From Trichomonas gallinae (taxonomy: Eukaryota), in NCBI GenBank assembly GCA_008369845.1, contig MRSU01011330.1:1-45615 (forward strand): a DNA stretch of 45,615 bases, written 5' to 3'. The position numbers and the translations under genes were made by a program. Under the pieces are notes generated by a model. It did not search any database. It saw nothing but the letters and a program-made list of their open reading frames with translations, and had not been told where the DNA came from. Below, piece by piece: positions 9,595-20,091 of this stretch (its first letter is position 1; every line of letters starts with the position of its first letter).

Positions 9595-12500
9595 ATGAGG
9601 GCGATGAAGCTTCTCTCTGAAGGGGAGATGTACGCCAAAATACTGAAAGAGCGACCCCTCCCTTCTGACATCGATCTACTCATCAATGCTGGCATAGTCA
9701 AATCGTTCGATATCCCTGCAAATTTTTTCGCTGATATTCCATTCTTGAAGAAATCACTCAAACATACAAAGAACCCACTAGATTTGCTCATAAGGACGAG
9801 AATTCAAATTAGTTTCAACGTAGCAGACTTAGAAAATTTAACAAAACACGAAATCCAGCCTCATTTGAAATTAATCACTTTGCAGTATATATTATTCTCT
9901 TTCTTAGGGTGGCAACTAAAACAGACTACCGAAATCGCGCCAGTTTCGCTATTTTCATCTCTTGTTATTGCATCTGACCCAGAGATTTTCGGAGATTTCT
10001 TCCAATACAGATTTGTTGCTATTTCAGCATTCAACTTTTTATACTCACAATGCTTCAGGGCGAGAAAAACTGAATTAAATGAATATCTCCCGCCGCTATT
10101 GTTATTTTTGTCTCAATATCGCGAATTACCAGAGAATTGTTATAATTTACTACTTTCTGCCGTGCAATGCTGCTCATACCAACAATCTTCGACAGATATC
10201 AGCACAGATTTCAGACAGCTGCTTTCTTTTTCTACATCACTCGATTTACCATCGCCAATAGCTACATCGCTCATACAGATAACGATTTATCAACTATCAA
10301 GTCTCGAAAACCAAGCTTTGCTTTATTTCAAAAGTTTAATTCGCCATGTTACAGGTGAAAGCGTCAAAAATTTCATGGAATTGATATCCATGTCAATAGG
10401 TAGCTACTCTAATCTACTAACACCGATTAAATTACCACCTTCACGAGATTTTTTACAAATCGAAAATTATCCATCGAATGAAGGCTTATTTAGATTCTTA
10501 CCACATGATCCATTTCCAGATGGACTCAGTTTCGAGAGTTTAATCAAGTTTTTCGATGATCCGCCAATTTCATCTTTAATCGAAGAAAATTTTCTCAAAA
10601 AGATCGATATAATCATCAGTGGAATAGAAGAATCGCGTAATCTTACTCAAGTTTTCCTTTCTTCTTTCATGTACACTATAACACTTTGCATGTCTACGCC
10701 TCAGATTTATCTTCTCTACGCAGCATTCCTCTACATTTGCCAAAAATGCCAATACCTGGAAAATATTTCAGACATAGGTAAATTTTTATTAAATGAAATT
10801 ATTTTCGATCCAGGACTAACAATGGACATGAAGCCAGAAAGCTTCTCTCCTATCAGCCGCATCAGAACAGAAGCTCTTCATTTCGTTGCTAATGTCGAGC
10901 CACCTGCGATTGATGCTTTCTTCAACAAGATTAAAATGACGCCAAATCTATTCACAGAATGCATATATAGACTTATAGCATACAATGAATCGAATTACGC
11001 CCCGCTAATAATTTCGAAATCTCTAATTCAAGCTGCGATTTACTACAGACCATTCATCTGTGTACACAACGAGGTATGCACTGCATTTGTCTCCATATTC
11101 CTCTATTTCTACACCATGTTCCAGCAGTCTTCTATCGCGATCTCTTGCTTCGAAAGCGCGCTTTTCGTCCAGGGATTCTTAGCCTTCCTCTATGAGCCTA
11201 AAGTGAGGCCTTTCGTGCTCAACCAGGTGAGGGGCTACTTAGTGGCCGACATAGAAACAGTCAACTCAGTCTTAATCCAGCTGCTCATCAACATCTTCGA
11301 CTTGACGTGCCACGACTTCCCCGACGAAAAGTCAATTTCACTATCCTCTGACCTACTTCAGACAATCAACGAGATTTTGATCCACAAGCTCGCTCTCATA
11401 CCATCCTTCGAGCCACTGCTGTACACCAGTTTCATGAGGATCCCCGTCAATCTTCCGAAGACACCAGTCAGCATCGCCTTCCACGAGAACCTTCTCTCAT
11501 TCCTCGCCTTAGTTTCGACCGTCCATAATATGTCTGCCCCAGAGCTAAACTCCCTCGAGACAATGATGCGCGGCATGTACGGCGATGACATTCCGATTGC
11601 CGTCTTCCACAAACTCGTCCAGCTCGCGTCGTCGACTATGTTCGCAGCACAGTCGACCGCGGTCATCATTAGGCAGCCGAAGGTGCTTAGATATCTGATC
11701 GGCCTGTTCAAAGACTCGCAGCATTTCCCCGAGATTGTCAGGTTCCTCTGTGGAATCTGCCAGTACTCTTACAAGAACTGCATCGCTTGCCACGCCGGAG
11801 AAATCGACCTGTTGTTTATAGATCTGATCAAGTCATCCAAGGACGAGGACAGCAGGGATGAGATCTTCAACGCTTTCAACAGGATTTCTACAATTGTCTC
11901 AAGTGTCTCAGTCATGCAGCACTACATTTCACTCCTATGCCCGCAGAACAAAGTTGTCTCCAAACTCGAAATATCAGCTCTCAAAGCTTTGTCTCAAAAT
12001 TTATATCTCTCAAGAAAACTTCCAATTGCTTCGATGCCTTTAACGAGAGATGCATATGCTAAAATCTCAGGAATCCCATCAAGCGATATCATGGATGGGT
12101 TTGCTTTCGTAATCTGGCTCTACAACGAGCCAAACGATGGATCTTACAAACCACAGCTCATCAACATAACCGACGGCACAGAAAGGGTTATCAAAATCAA
12201 TCTGTCGACGACGCAGATACTGGTAACACAATGCGGCGATGAGTTCGACACAGTTGCAACAGTCGACGTCAATGTGAAGCCTCGCCAGTGGGTTTTGGTT
12301 ACAATAGAGTACGGAAACGATCCAGTGAAAGGAGGAACAATGATTGTCGTCTCATGCAACTGCCAGGATCCAAAGAAAGTGGCTTTGCAGAACTTGACAT
12401 GGAGAAAGAAAACGGTCGACCTTATCATTGGCGGTCTCCAGCAGGATTCCCAGGCACCTCCTTACTGCTCGAGATTCGCCAGCTTCGGATTCTTCAGCTC

Positions 12501-15500
12501 GTTAACTGAGTCTCATCTGATGCACATCGTTGAGGCTGGCCCGAGAACTGACCCGCCTCCATTCGAAAACACAATTTTCTCGGCGAAGACAACATTGAAA
12601 CAGAATGAGCTTTATATACAAGAGATAGAGAACAAATACAACTTATCTCTTTCACTGACATATGTAAACAGGGAGACACTTGTCTCATTATCAGAAATAT
12701 TAGGACACATGTGCAAGGTTGAGTTCCTCCTTCCTTTGTTCTCTCAGCTTGATTACGCGTTAGAGGAGTCAGAAAGCAACCATCTGTTCATCGACTTAGT
12801 CATTGATGTCTTCTCAAACGCTCTCTCGATGTCTCAGCATGCACAGCAACTTTTCCATGAAGCAAACGGATTCAACATCATATCTCATTTGCTGGTGACA
12901 TGCAATCCTAATCTAATAACCTACCACATCTACGCGCACTTCTTTGGCATCGTTGAAATCATCACAGAGCCAGATCTCCAGGCACAAATGCTCGACTCAA
13001 TCCTGTTGAATGAAATGATCTGGATAAGGGCAGATGCGATCAACCACATTAAGATCATTAAGCACTGGGCAAGGGTCATCTTTGTATCGTATGAGTCTGT
13101 TTTCACCAGGCTCAGACCAATCAAGAAGCTTTTATCAACGATCAAACTCTTCTATCAGACACACATGCCCGAAATGTCAGACTACAACACGATCTCCAGC
13201 ATGAGAGATCCGAAACTTAACACAGCCGAATGCCGCAGAGTGTTGATCCAAGTCGTTCAGCAGATGGCCACTGTCAAGTTCACAGACGACGACTTTTTGT
13301 ATCTTATCGGAATGATAATTACATCTAACGACCACGATTTGGCCAGAGACTTTATAGATTTGCTGGATTCTTTGATAACAATGAGCCCAAGCCCAGTCGA
13401 TAGCATTACAGTTGACGCTTTAACTTTGCTCATGCTCACTTTCTCGTTCAACGACGAGTACATCATCTGCCAAGTCTTCTCAATAATCTACACCGTCCAC
13501 CAAAGGCAGATGCTGCAGGCAATGAATTTGTATGAACATGTTTATATTATTTTAAGAGAGTTGACATTGGATGTCGTCAGAGATCCAGTGTTTAATTCTC
13601 TGCTATCGCTTTTACACGGCGGCTTTTATGAGCTTTTCCCAGTTGTTACATGGATCGCTATCAATTTAGGAGACGAATCCATGACGCAGCTGATCCAATC
13701 GATTTCTCCAGATAAATGTTTCGTCACACACAACACATGGCAGCTATGGCCAACAATTTTGCTCCTTAAATGCCCGCCGAACATGCAAGAGAAAGTCATC
13801 GACTTCATTTTACTCTCTGATGAGGATGGATGGGTGAACTTTTACATGATGATCAACGTCGTCGCCAGACTTACAAATGGCCATTCCACAGAGTTTAGGT
13901 CGATGATGTTGCACAAAATCGGCGACCATCTTTTGTCGTCAAGATGCAGAAAACCTGAAAGCTTGAACACTTTCTTCACTTTGGCTAAAGCCTTCATTTT
14001 GTACCAAAATAGCAACAGCGCGTTAAATACATTATTAACATACTCTCCATTCAATATCAGGAGGATACGTGCCCACACGTGCGCGCCAAAGAGCCCAGAA
14101 AGGTCTAGGAAACATTCAGCCATCCACTTCAACTTCCAAAACCTACAACAGCCGGCCAGATTAGCGTTTCCAGATGTCAGCGCAATGAACAAATGGATGA
14201 CACCAGCTGAAGTCGAAAAAACAATAAACCAAATGGAGACAAATGTCATCAAAGATACACAGGTTTATTTCTCGTTGAGCATCGGACCAGACGGAGAATG
14301 GGTTGATTCAGAACTCGCAAAGAAGTGCTTAGACTTGTTCTTAGTTTGGAATGATGTTAACTTTTTAGACTTTGATTTAATCCTCTGCGCGTTCTTAGTT
14401 CCATACTACTATGACAAAGTCTTTGAGCACTTCACTTCTTTGTTATTAAATCCATCAGAAGTCTCAAAATATTTGCCGTTTTTGGCATTAATCAATACAA
14501 AGTGCGAAGACAATTCTCGCCAGTCAATTTTCAAGATCCCAGTCAAACAGCCGAAACTCGTTGCATTCCAAGCATTGGAATTAATCGCGAACAATGCTCC
14601 ACCGAACATCGTCCATGGAGTAGTCATTGCTCTAAACCAACTCATCAGGTTCAACAAGTCGACACAAGAGAAATCGAATTCCATCATGAAGTTCCAAAGC
14701 AGCCCAACGATTATGTCTGCAGCACAGTGTGGCAAGCGTGCAATTTACGAACTACAACGAGCAAAGAGAGATAACGAGCGACAATGGATCAGATTATGGA
14801 GGAACTTAACAATAGATGGAGCCCCATGGGCCTCTTCACTGGACTCCAATCAACTCTCTCAGGTTCCACTAAAGAGGGATTCAACTCTCTGCACATTTAT
14901 CTGCCCAGCAAAACTAAAGAGGAATTGGAGTGCAATTCCGCAGGCAATGTCATTGGATAAGTCTATTTCTATCATGTTCCACTCCAGCAACTTCAGGCGT
15001 AACCGAACGGACTCCGTTGTCATTGAGAAGAACTTCATCGAGGTTCCATGCAATGTTGTCACGATTGAAGGCATCAATCCAGTTCTTTTCATTGTTACAA
15101 ACAACTCTATCGGTATCAAAAAGAACGAGGCAACAATCAGAGAGTGGCCATTGGACACAATACAGTACATGATTGAGAGAAGAAGGATCAACTGCCTCAG
15201 TGCCATCGAAATTTTCTTCAATGGAGGCAGGTCGAAGCTGATCTCTTTCGAAGACAAGTTCTTCCCTCACGCGCAGGCAGCTCTGAGAGCAAGACACGTC
15301 TCTGAACTAACGCCGGACCCCGTGAATATTGCGCCACTACAAAAGTTATGGCAGAGCAGAGAAATCTCAACATTTGAATATTTGATGAAGTTGAACATGC
15401 TCAGCGGCAGGACATTCTCATCACTTGAACATTATCCGATAATGCCATGGATCATCTCTGACTATGAAGCCAAAGTATTCGACTCAGATGACTCAATGTT

Positions 15501-17268
15501 CCTCAGAGACGTCAGGAAACCAATGTCGCAAGTCGGCCAGGACAGACTCATGAGGATCATCGCACAGATGCAAGATACAGGCATTGCAAAGTTCTACATT
15601 CCTGGCTCCCCGATGAGGCCTGGCGATGTTGCCAGCTACTTATGCCGACTTAACCCCTTCTCTGAGGCAGATGGCAGCGAGCAGCCAACATTATCAGTCG
15701 GGAATGCTTTCCATAAGGCAACGACAGACGACAACTGCTTCAGCGAATTAACACCAGAGTTCTTCTTCATGCCAGAGGCTTTCATCAAGACATGCAACGA
15801 CAAAGATATCCCAAATATGGAGATGCCGCCATGGGCAGCCGATCCATACACTTTCGTCTACTTAAACAGAAAAGCTCTTGAGTGCGAACTGATTTCTTCA
15901 TCTATCAACCAGTGGATTGATCTGATCTGGGGAATAAAACAGAATGGCTCCGGTGCAATTTCTACGTTCAACAAATTCCACAGCGATGTTTATGAAGATT
16001 CAGAGAATTTTGACATCTATGATGGCTCAAAATCAGGGTTTGTACCTTCTTTGCTCTTCACAGAGCCTCATCCTCCAAGATTCGAAGCTCGCCCGCTACA
16101 GAGACTCTGCACAACTACAGTCATCGTCCAGATGCAGAACAACACACTCGTTTTTGCGGACTCACTCCAGCCATCAGCAACAATCATTGAAGTAATCGCG
16201 CTGGATGCATCTGGAAAGTTGACCGTCCACACTTTAGACTTCACGCAGTTGCAGAGATTCACAAGCAAGTCATCAATCAGGTCTTATTCCTCTCATACAT
16301 CATTAAGACTTGAGAGATCAAATGATGGCGAGTTCTCATCATCGTCAGGAGTCAGAAGCGGTGACGCTGATTCATCACTAATGTCAAGTGTCTCGTTCGA
16401 GCGCATCCAAGTAATGTCAAAGAGCGAAATCAGACAGCCTCTTTCTCCCACACCAACGTCTCATGGCATCACCATCCCACCGCCAAATATTTCTGCTTCG
16501 ATTCCTAACTTCCTGAATGTCGCGCTCAACGCGAAACTGGAAATGTTCACAATTATCGACAAAACAACTCTGATGTTCGTCGACAGCGGATTAGTTAGAC
16601 TATTCTCTATGAACTCTAAGCAAGTTTCCACAATTAAGATGCACACGAGCGATGTCACGTTAATCGCAAGATCAAAGAACTGGCTCGCTGCTGCATCACG
16701 TGGCTCAGTCATGAATTTCTACAAGATAAACGAAATAACTAAATGTGTTTTCTCAATTCCACTTTACAGAGATACAATCCAGTGTATTCATGTCTGCAAC
16801 CAGTTCTCTCTCGCTGTGGCAGGAACACGCGACGGCTTCTTGTTCTTCATCTCATTGACTCATGGAACAGTTGATGCTACAGTCGACTTAGGCACTGCAA
16901 GACCATACAAATGCCTCATCACGCCTGCTTGGGGATTCGTTGTTGTTTATATGACAGAATTAGAACGTGCAAACGTCAGACATGTCTTAGAGATCTACTC
17001 ACCGAATGGAAAGCTTATCAAGCGAAGATCTATTGCGAACGGTATTGTCGCTTGGACGACCTTCAAGACAAAGAACGGCTTCGACTTCATTGTTTGCGCG
17101 GACGACAGAGGAAGACTATGGATGTTTGAAGCTTTCTTCCTTTCAATGGTAGAGAGCGTTTACAGATGCAATGGACAGGTCCTCTCTGTTTCATATTCGC
17201 TTGAGCAGGGAGGAATTCTGGCAACAACAGCAGATGGCAGAATAATTTTCGTCCCTTATGAATTGTAA
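9595..17268 (+). CDS. Beige/BEACH-domain protein (helical region, ConA-like domain, PH-BEACH-WD40), about 2557 aa
   Basis: BEACH motifs WQSREISTFEYLMKLNMLSGRTF..YPIMPWIISDY, ELTPEFFFMPE, PPWAADP..FVYLNRKALE, INQWIDLIWG.KQ.G, LF.EPHP.R; upstream W..L...GAPW and PH-like SAIEIFF; ConA-like GFAFVIWL..PRQWVLVTI; C-terminal WD40 repeats. Start moved from 9544 to ATG 9595 because 9544-9594 is poly-T/poly-A intergenic-type sequence. Confidence 0.9.
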   Translation: MRAMKLLSEGEMYAKILKERPLPSDIDLLINAGIVKSFDIPANFFADIPFLKKSLKHTKNPLDLLIRTRIQISFNVADLENLTKHEIQPHLKLITLQYILFSFLGWQLKQTTEIAPVSLFSSLVIASDPEIFGDFFQYRFVAISAFNFLYSQCFRARKTELNEYLPPLLLFLSQYRELPENCYNLLLSAVQCCSYQQSSTDISTDFRQLLSFSTSLDLPSPIATSLIQITIYQLSSLENQALLYFKSLIRHVTGESVKNFMELISMSIGSYSNLLTPIKLPPSRDFLQIENYPSNEGLFRFLPHDPFPDGLSFESLIKFFDDPPISSLIEENFLKKIDIIISGIEESRNLTQVFLSSFMYTITLCMSTPQIYLLYAAFLYICQKCQYLENISDIGKFLLNEIIFDPGLTMDMKPESFSPISRIRTEALHFVANVEPPAIDAFFNKIKMTPNLFTECIYRLIAYNESNYAPLIISKSLIQAAIYYRPFICVHNEVCTAFVSIFLYFYTMFQQSSIAISCFESALFVQGFLAFLYEPKVRPFVLNQVRGYLVADIETVNSVLIQLLINIFDLTCHDFPDEKSISLSSDLLQTINEILIHKLALIPSFEPLLYTSFMRIPVNLPKTPVSIAFHENLLSFLALVSTVHNMSAPELNSLETMMRGMYGDDIPIAVFHKLVQLASSTMFAAQSTAVIIRQPKVLRYLIGLFKDSQHFPEIVRFLCGICQYSYKNCIACHAGEIDLLFIDLIKSSKDEDSRDEIFNAFNRISTIVSSVSVMQHYISLLCPQNKVVSKLEISALKALSQNLYLSRKLPIASMPLTRDAYAKISGIPSSDIMDGFAFVIWLYNEPNDGSYKPQLINITDGTERVIKINLSTTQILVTQCGDEFDTVATVDVNVKPRQWVLVTIEYGNDPVKGGTMIVVSCNCQDPKKVALQNLTWRKKTVDLIIGGLQQDSQAPPYCSRFASFGFFSSLTESHLMHIVEAGPRTDPPPFENTIFSAKTTLKQNELYIQEIENKYNLSLSLTYVNRETLVSLSEILGHMCKVEFLLPLFSQLDYALEESESNHLFIDLVIDVFSNALSMSQHAQQLFHEANGFNIISHLLVTCNPNLITYHIYAHFFGIVEIITEPDLQAQMLDSILLNEMIWIRADAINHIKIIKHWARVIFVSYESVFTRLRPIKKLLSTIKLFYQTHMPEMSDYNTISSMRDPKLNTAECRRVLIQVVQQMATVKFTDDDFLYLIGMIITSNDHDLARDFIDLLDSLITMSPSPVDSITVDALTLLMLTFSFNDEYIICQVFSIIYTVHQRQMLQAMNLYEHVYIILRELTLDVVRDPVFNSLLSLLHGGFYELFPVVTWIAINLGDESMTQLIQSISPDKCFVTHNTWQLWPTILLLKCPPNMQEKVIDFILLSDEDGWVNFYMMINVVARLTNGHSTEFRSMMLHKIGDHLLSSRCRKPESLNTFFTLAKAFILYQNSNSALNTLLTYSPFNIRRIRAHTCAPKSPERSRKHSAIHFNFQNLQQPARLAFPDVSAMNKWMTPAEVEKTINQMETNVIKDTQVYFSLSIGPDGEWVDSELAKKCLDLFLVWNDVNFLDFDLILCAFLVPYYYDKVFEHFTSLLLNPSEVSKYLPFLALINTKCEDNSRQSIFKIPVKQPKLVAFQALELIANNAPPNIVHGVVIALNQLIRFNKSTQEKSNSIMKFQSSPTIMSAAQCGKRAIYELQRAKRDNERQWIRLWRNLTIDGAPWASSLDSNQLSQVPLKRDSTLCTFICPAKLKRNWSAIPQAMSLDKSISIMFHSSNFRRNRTDSVVIEKNFIEVPCNVVTIEGINPVLFIVTNNSIGIKKNEATIREWPLDTIQYMIERRRINCLSAIEIFFNGGRSKLISFEDKFFPHAQAALRARHVSELTPDPVNIAPLQKLWQSREISTFEYLMKLNMLSGRTFSSLEHYPIMPWIISDYEAKVFDSDDSMFLRDVRKPMSQVGQDRLMRIIAQMQDTGIAKFYIPGSPMRPGDVASYLCRLNPFSEADGSEQPTLSVGNAFHKATTDDNCFSELTPEFFFMPEAFIKTCNDKDIPNMEMPPWAADPYTFVYLNRKALECELISSSINQWIDLIWGIKQNGSGAISTFNKFHSDVYEDSENFDIYDGSKSGFVPSLLFTEPHPPRFEARPLQRLCTTTVIVQMQNNTLVFADSLQPSATIIEVIALDASGKLTVHTLDFTQLQRFTSKSSIRSYSSHTSLRLERSNDGEFSSSSGVRSGDADSSLMSSVSFERIQVMSKSEIRQPLSPTPTSHGITIPPPNISASIPNFLNVALNAKLEMFTIIDKTTLMFVDSGLVRLFSMNSKQVSTIKMHTSDVTLIARSKNWLAAASRGSVMNFYKINEITKCVFSIPLYRDTIQCIHVCNQFSLAVAGTRDGFLFFISLTHGTVDATVDLGTARPYKCLITPAWGFVVVYMTELERANVRHVLEIYSPNGKLIKRRSIANGIVAWTTFKTKNGFDFIVCADDRGRLWMFEAFFLSMVESVYRCNGQVLSVSYSLEQGGILATTADGRIIFVPYEL

Positions 17269-17364
17269 GTATTTTTACTTATGTTTATATATTTTAAATA
17301 AAGTGTTTGTTTTTTTTTAATGCAAGGATAGATTTTTAAATTATAACATAAAAAAGAAAATAGG

Positions 17365-18255
17365 TTATGCCTCAGTTAAACTAGTTGTGCCAAGGTCGAA
17401 AGACATCTTCCTTTTTGTTCCAAGGAATCCGTTGTTGATTCTAAGGAGTATGAACAGTGGGATTCCTTCAACAACAATTTCGCTAAAACATACTGCAACA
17501 AAGAAAGGAATATCACAGACTTGGTTATGGATTAAAATTTGGGTAAGAGAAATTGAACCTCGAGCAAGAAGCATAAGCGATAGGAAAATAACAAGACGAA
17601 GCAGTTTCTTTTGCTCCAAGTTTGATTCAGCAAAAGTATCGTCTCGAAGTCCTCTTTCGAGCAAAATAATGAACGCGATGTAGATGATAGCAAGAAGGAT
17701 ATCTCTGGTAATATCATAAAAGGCTGAAAAAGCGCTCAAAGGCTCCGTGTTCTTTAGCGGTGTAATTTCGACAAGTATTGCGAAAACATATAAAACGTAA
17801 ATGACAACATTGTAGACAATGAGACAAACCTTAGCTTTGCCGAAAATTTTAACGATTTTGAGAGGTAAAATTTGCATGCAAATTGTAATCCAAGAAATCA
17901 GAACTAGTGTGTAGCATGTAGTGATGAAATAAGAAGTGAGGTTGTAAATCAGCAGACCAGCAACTGAATATTGCCTGGGATTCCAATGTATGAATGACAA
18001 AGAATGCATGACAACTTTCATTCCCAATGCGACAATGAAGCATATTCTTGCGGTGCGGTTCAGCGTACTTAGAGTTTTGAATTCAAAACTAAATTTGATT
18101 ATCGGAATCAAGCCGTATAAAAACAAGAGAGCGAAGAAAGCAATGAATCCTATGGAGCCACCACGCCACATCCGTGGGGAAGCCGATATATGCGGATCCT
18201 CAGAATTAGTCGACAGGCATTGGAGGATAGACGTGATGTTTTTATTAACAGACAT
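17365..18255 (-). CDS. Seven-transmembrane THH1/TOM1/TOM3 (GPR137-like) membrane protein, 296 aa
   Basis: About 7 hydrophobic segments; family-like motifs LTSYFITTCYTLVLISW and C-terminal VEGIPLFILL. Start placed at ATG 18255 (MSVNKN) because the longer ORF call runs across the promoter and antisense into the neighbouring gene. Confidence 0.7.
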   Translation of the reverse strand: MSVNKNITSILQCLSTNSEDPHISASPRMWRGGSIGFIAFFALLFLYGLIPIIKFSFEFKTLSTLNRTARICFIVALGMKVVMHSLSFIHWNPRQYSVAGLLIYNLTSYFITTCYTLVLISWITICMQILPLKIVKIFGKAKVCLIVYNVVIYVLYVFAILVEITPLKNTEPLSAFSAFYDITRDILLAIIYIAFIILLERGLRDDTFAESNLEQKKLLRLVIFLSLMLLARGSISLTQILIHNQVCDIPFFVAVCFSEIVVEGIPLFILLRINNGFLGTKRKMSFDLGTTSLTEA

Positions 18256-18366
18256 TTTAAAAGCTGACAAAAATTTTTTTGGGATCAATTTTCGAAAAGT
18301 GACAATAACTGAATTTCGGAAAAGTGACAACATTCGAAAAGTGACTGTTTTTAGCCAAAAGTGACA
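18256..18366. promoter_or_regulatory. Compact bidirectional promoter with four AAAAGTGAC (reverse strand GTCACTTTT, Inr-like) motifs
   Basis: AAAAGTGAC at 18295-18303, 18320-18328, 18337-18345 and 18357-18365, between head-to-head ATGs at 18255(-) and 18367(+). Confidence 0.75.
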
Positions 18367-19062
18367 ATGGACTACAATTACGAAGAAGAAGTTGAGGAAA
18401 TCAATTTCAATTTGCCCAATGATGAAGAAGACAACCGTCTTGCGAGAGAGGTTGAGGCTTTGTTCAAGACGGGTCCTGTTGCCTTCGTTGATTCTTCTTA
18501 TTGGGATCAAAGATACACAGATAACCCTAAGCATTTCGAATGGTACTTGCCATTTGATCATTTTCTCCCCGACATAAAGAAATTCGTACCTTTGAAAGGC
18601 GTTGCTGCAAATATCGGTTGTGGTACTTCCACAATGGGAATGGAATTAATTCAGTGCGGATTTTCTCATGTTGACTGCACAGATATTTCTGCAGTAGCAA
18701 TTGATCATATGAAAGAACTTTACAAAGATAAACAGAATGTTTCTTGGATTCTTGACGATTGCATTGACACAAAGCTAGAAAAGAACAAATACGACGTCAT
18801 TTTTGACAAAGGAACAATCGATGCCCTAATTTGCTGTGAAGATCCAGATGATTTGCTTAACGATATCTTCAAAGGCGTAATAAACTGCCTCAAACCTGGA
18901 GGCTACTTCGTTGAGATATCATTCGGATCTCCGGAAGAGCGTCAAGAATATTTTGATGTCGATAATCTGAAATGGACACAAATTGTTATTAGAACATTGA
19001 AGCCAATAGTACCAAAAGCAACCCCATACTTCATTTATATCTACAGAAAAGCTTTCATATAA
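18367..19062 (+). CDS. Class I SAM-dependent methyltransferase, METTL13-N/EEF1AKMT4-like, 231 aa
   Basis: YWDQRY..FEWY, motif I NIGCGTS, DIS..AI, YDVIFDKGTIDA and LKPGG.FVEISFG. First ATG is at 18367 (the ORF track start at 18361 is GTG). Confidence 0.88.
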   Translation: MDYNYEEEVEEINFNLPNDEEDNRLAREVEALFKTGPVAFVDSSYWDQRYTDNPKHFEWYLPFDHFLPDIKKFVPLKGVAANIGCGTSTMGMELIQCGFSHVDCTDISAVAIDHMKELYKDKQNVSWILDDCIDTKLEKNKYDVIFDKGTIDALICCEDPDDLLNDIFKGVINCLKPGGYFVEISFGSPEERQEYFDVDNLKWTQIVIRTLKPIVPKATPYFIYIYRKAFI

Positions 19063-19194
19063 TTTATATTTTTTCTCTTTGATATTAAATAATTTTGTTT
19101 GCTTTCAATCATTAAAATACATGAATATAGTTTATTATATACAATAAAAAACATAAAATAAACAAAAAACAAAAAATAACAAAAAATATCAAAC

Positions 19195-20091
19195 TTAGAA
19201 CTTGAGGATTTCAAATATCTTCTTTGGAGCTACTTTTGGCCGAATTGGAAGCTTGTTGTTTACCATCGCAGTTTTTGTTAATGCTCTCGTAAAGCTTAAA
19301 GCGCTATCTACTTCGTGAAGTACCTCAAACACATTGGCCCTTTCATCTGGGTTCTTCGCTAGCATCATTTTTACTAATTTTATAGTTGCATATGGAGTAC
19401 AGGGAGGAATGTATGGCTCTGCGGTCAAAATACCCTTAGATATCTGCTTGTCTGTTCCATTCCATGGAAACTGCCCGAATATCATGGAGTAAAAACATAC
19501 ACCTAGCGCCCAAACATCAACCTTCAATGGGTCATAAGGCTGGCCTGAGAGGACCTCAGGAGCCATATATTCGAGTGTTCCACAAACGGTTGTGCGTAGG
19601 TTTTCTTGAAGTTGAACAATTTCGTAACATAAGCCAAAGTCGATAAGAATTGGTGTCTGTGTTGGCGATATCATGATGTTTGTAAGCTTAATATCTCTAT
19701 GCGCGATGTTTTTCTGGTGTAAATACGATAAAGCTACTAATAACGATTGCATCCATTTAAGCGCCGACTGCCAATTCAGCGGTCCCTCATCTAAAATCTT
19801 GTCATGAAGAGTTCCAAATGGATAAAAAGGCATTACCATCATGATATAATTTTCAAAATATAAAACTTCTTTGACTTCTACAATCCCAGGGTGTTTAATG
19901 TTCTGTACAACTCGTAGCTCTTGCTCTAAACGACCAAATAGGTTTAGTTTCGTTACTTCTTTTCTATCGAAAATTTTACATGCGTATAATTCATTATCTT
20001 TTTCGTTCATTGCAAGCACAATCTGACTGGACGACCCTTTATTTAAGAAGTCCTGGACCGCATAGGAGCCAAGTTTCTTTGGGAAGTTCAT
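19195..20091 (-). CDS. CAMK-group Ser/Thr protein kinase, 298 aa, catalytic motifs intact
   Basis: KGSSSQI glycine-loop variant, YACK, HRDIKLTN, DFGL, CGTLEYMAPE, DVWALGV. Confidence 0.93.
   Translation of the reverse strand: MNFPKKLGSYAVQDFLNKGSSSQIVLAMNEKDNELYACKIFDRKEVTKLNLFGRLEQELRVVQNIKHPGIVEVKEVLYFENYIMMVMPFYPFGTLHDKILDEGPLNWQSALKWMQSLLVALSYLHQKNIAHRDIKLTNIMISPTQTPILIDFGLCYEIVQLQENLRTTVCGTLEYMAPEVLSGQPYDPLKVDVWALGVCFYSMIFGQFPWNGTDKQISKGILTAEPYIPPCTPYATIKLVKMMLAKNPDERANVFEVLHEVDSALSFTRALTKTAMVNNKLPIRPKVAPKKIFEILKF

Noticed and set aside
18256..18561. N-terminal extension of the 7TM ORF overlapping the methyltransferase gene
   Set aside because: It crosses the promoter motif array and the antisense strand of a clearly conserved gene; the ATG at 18255 gives a complete 7TM protein.
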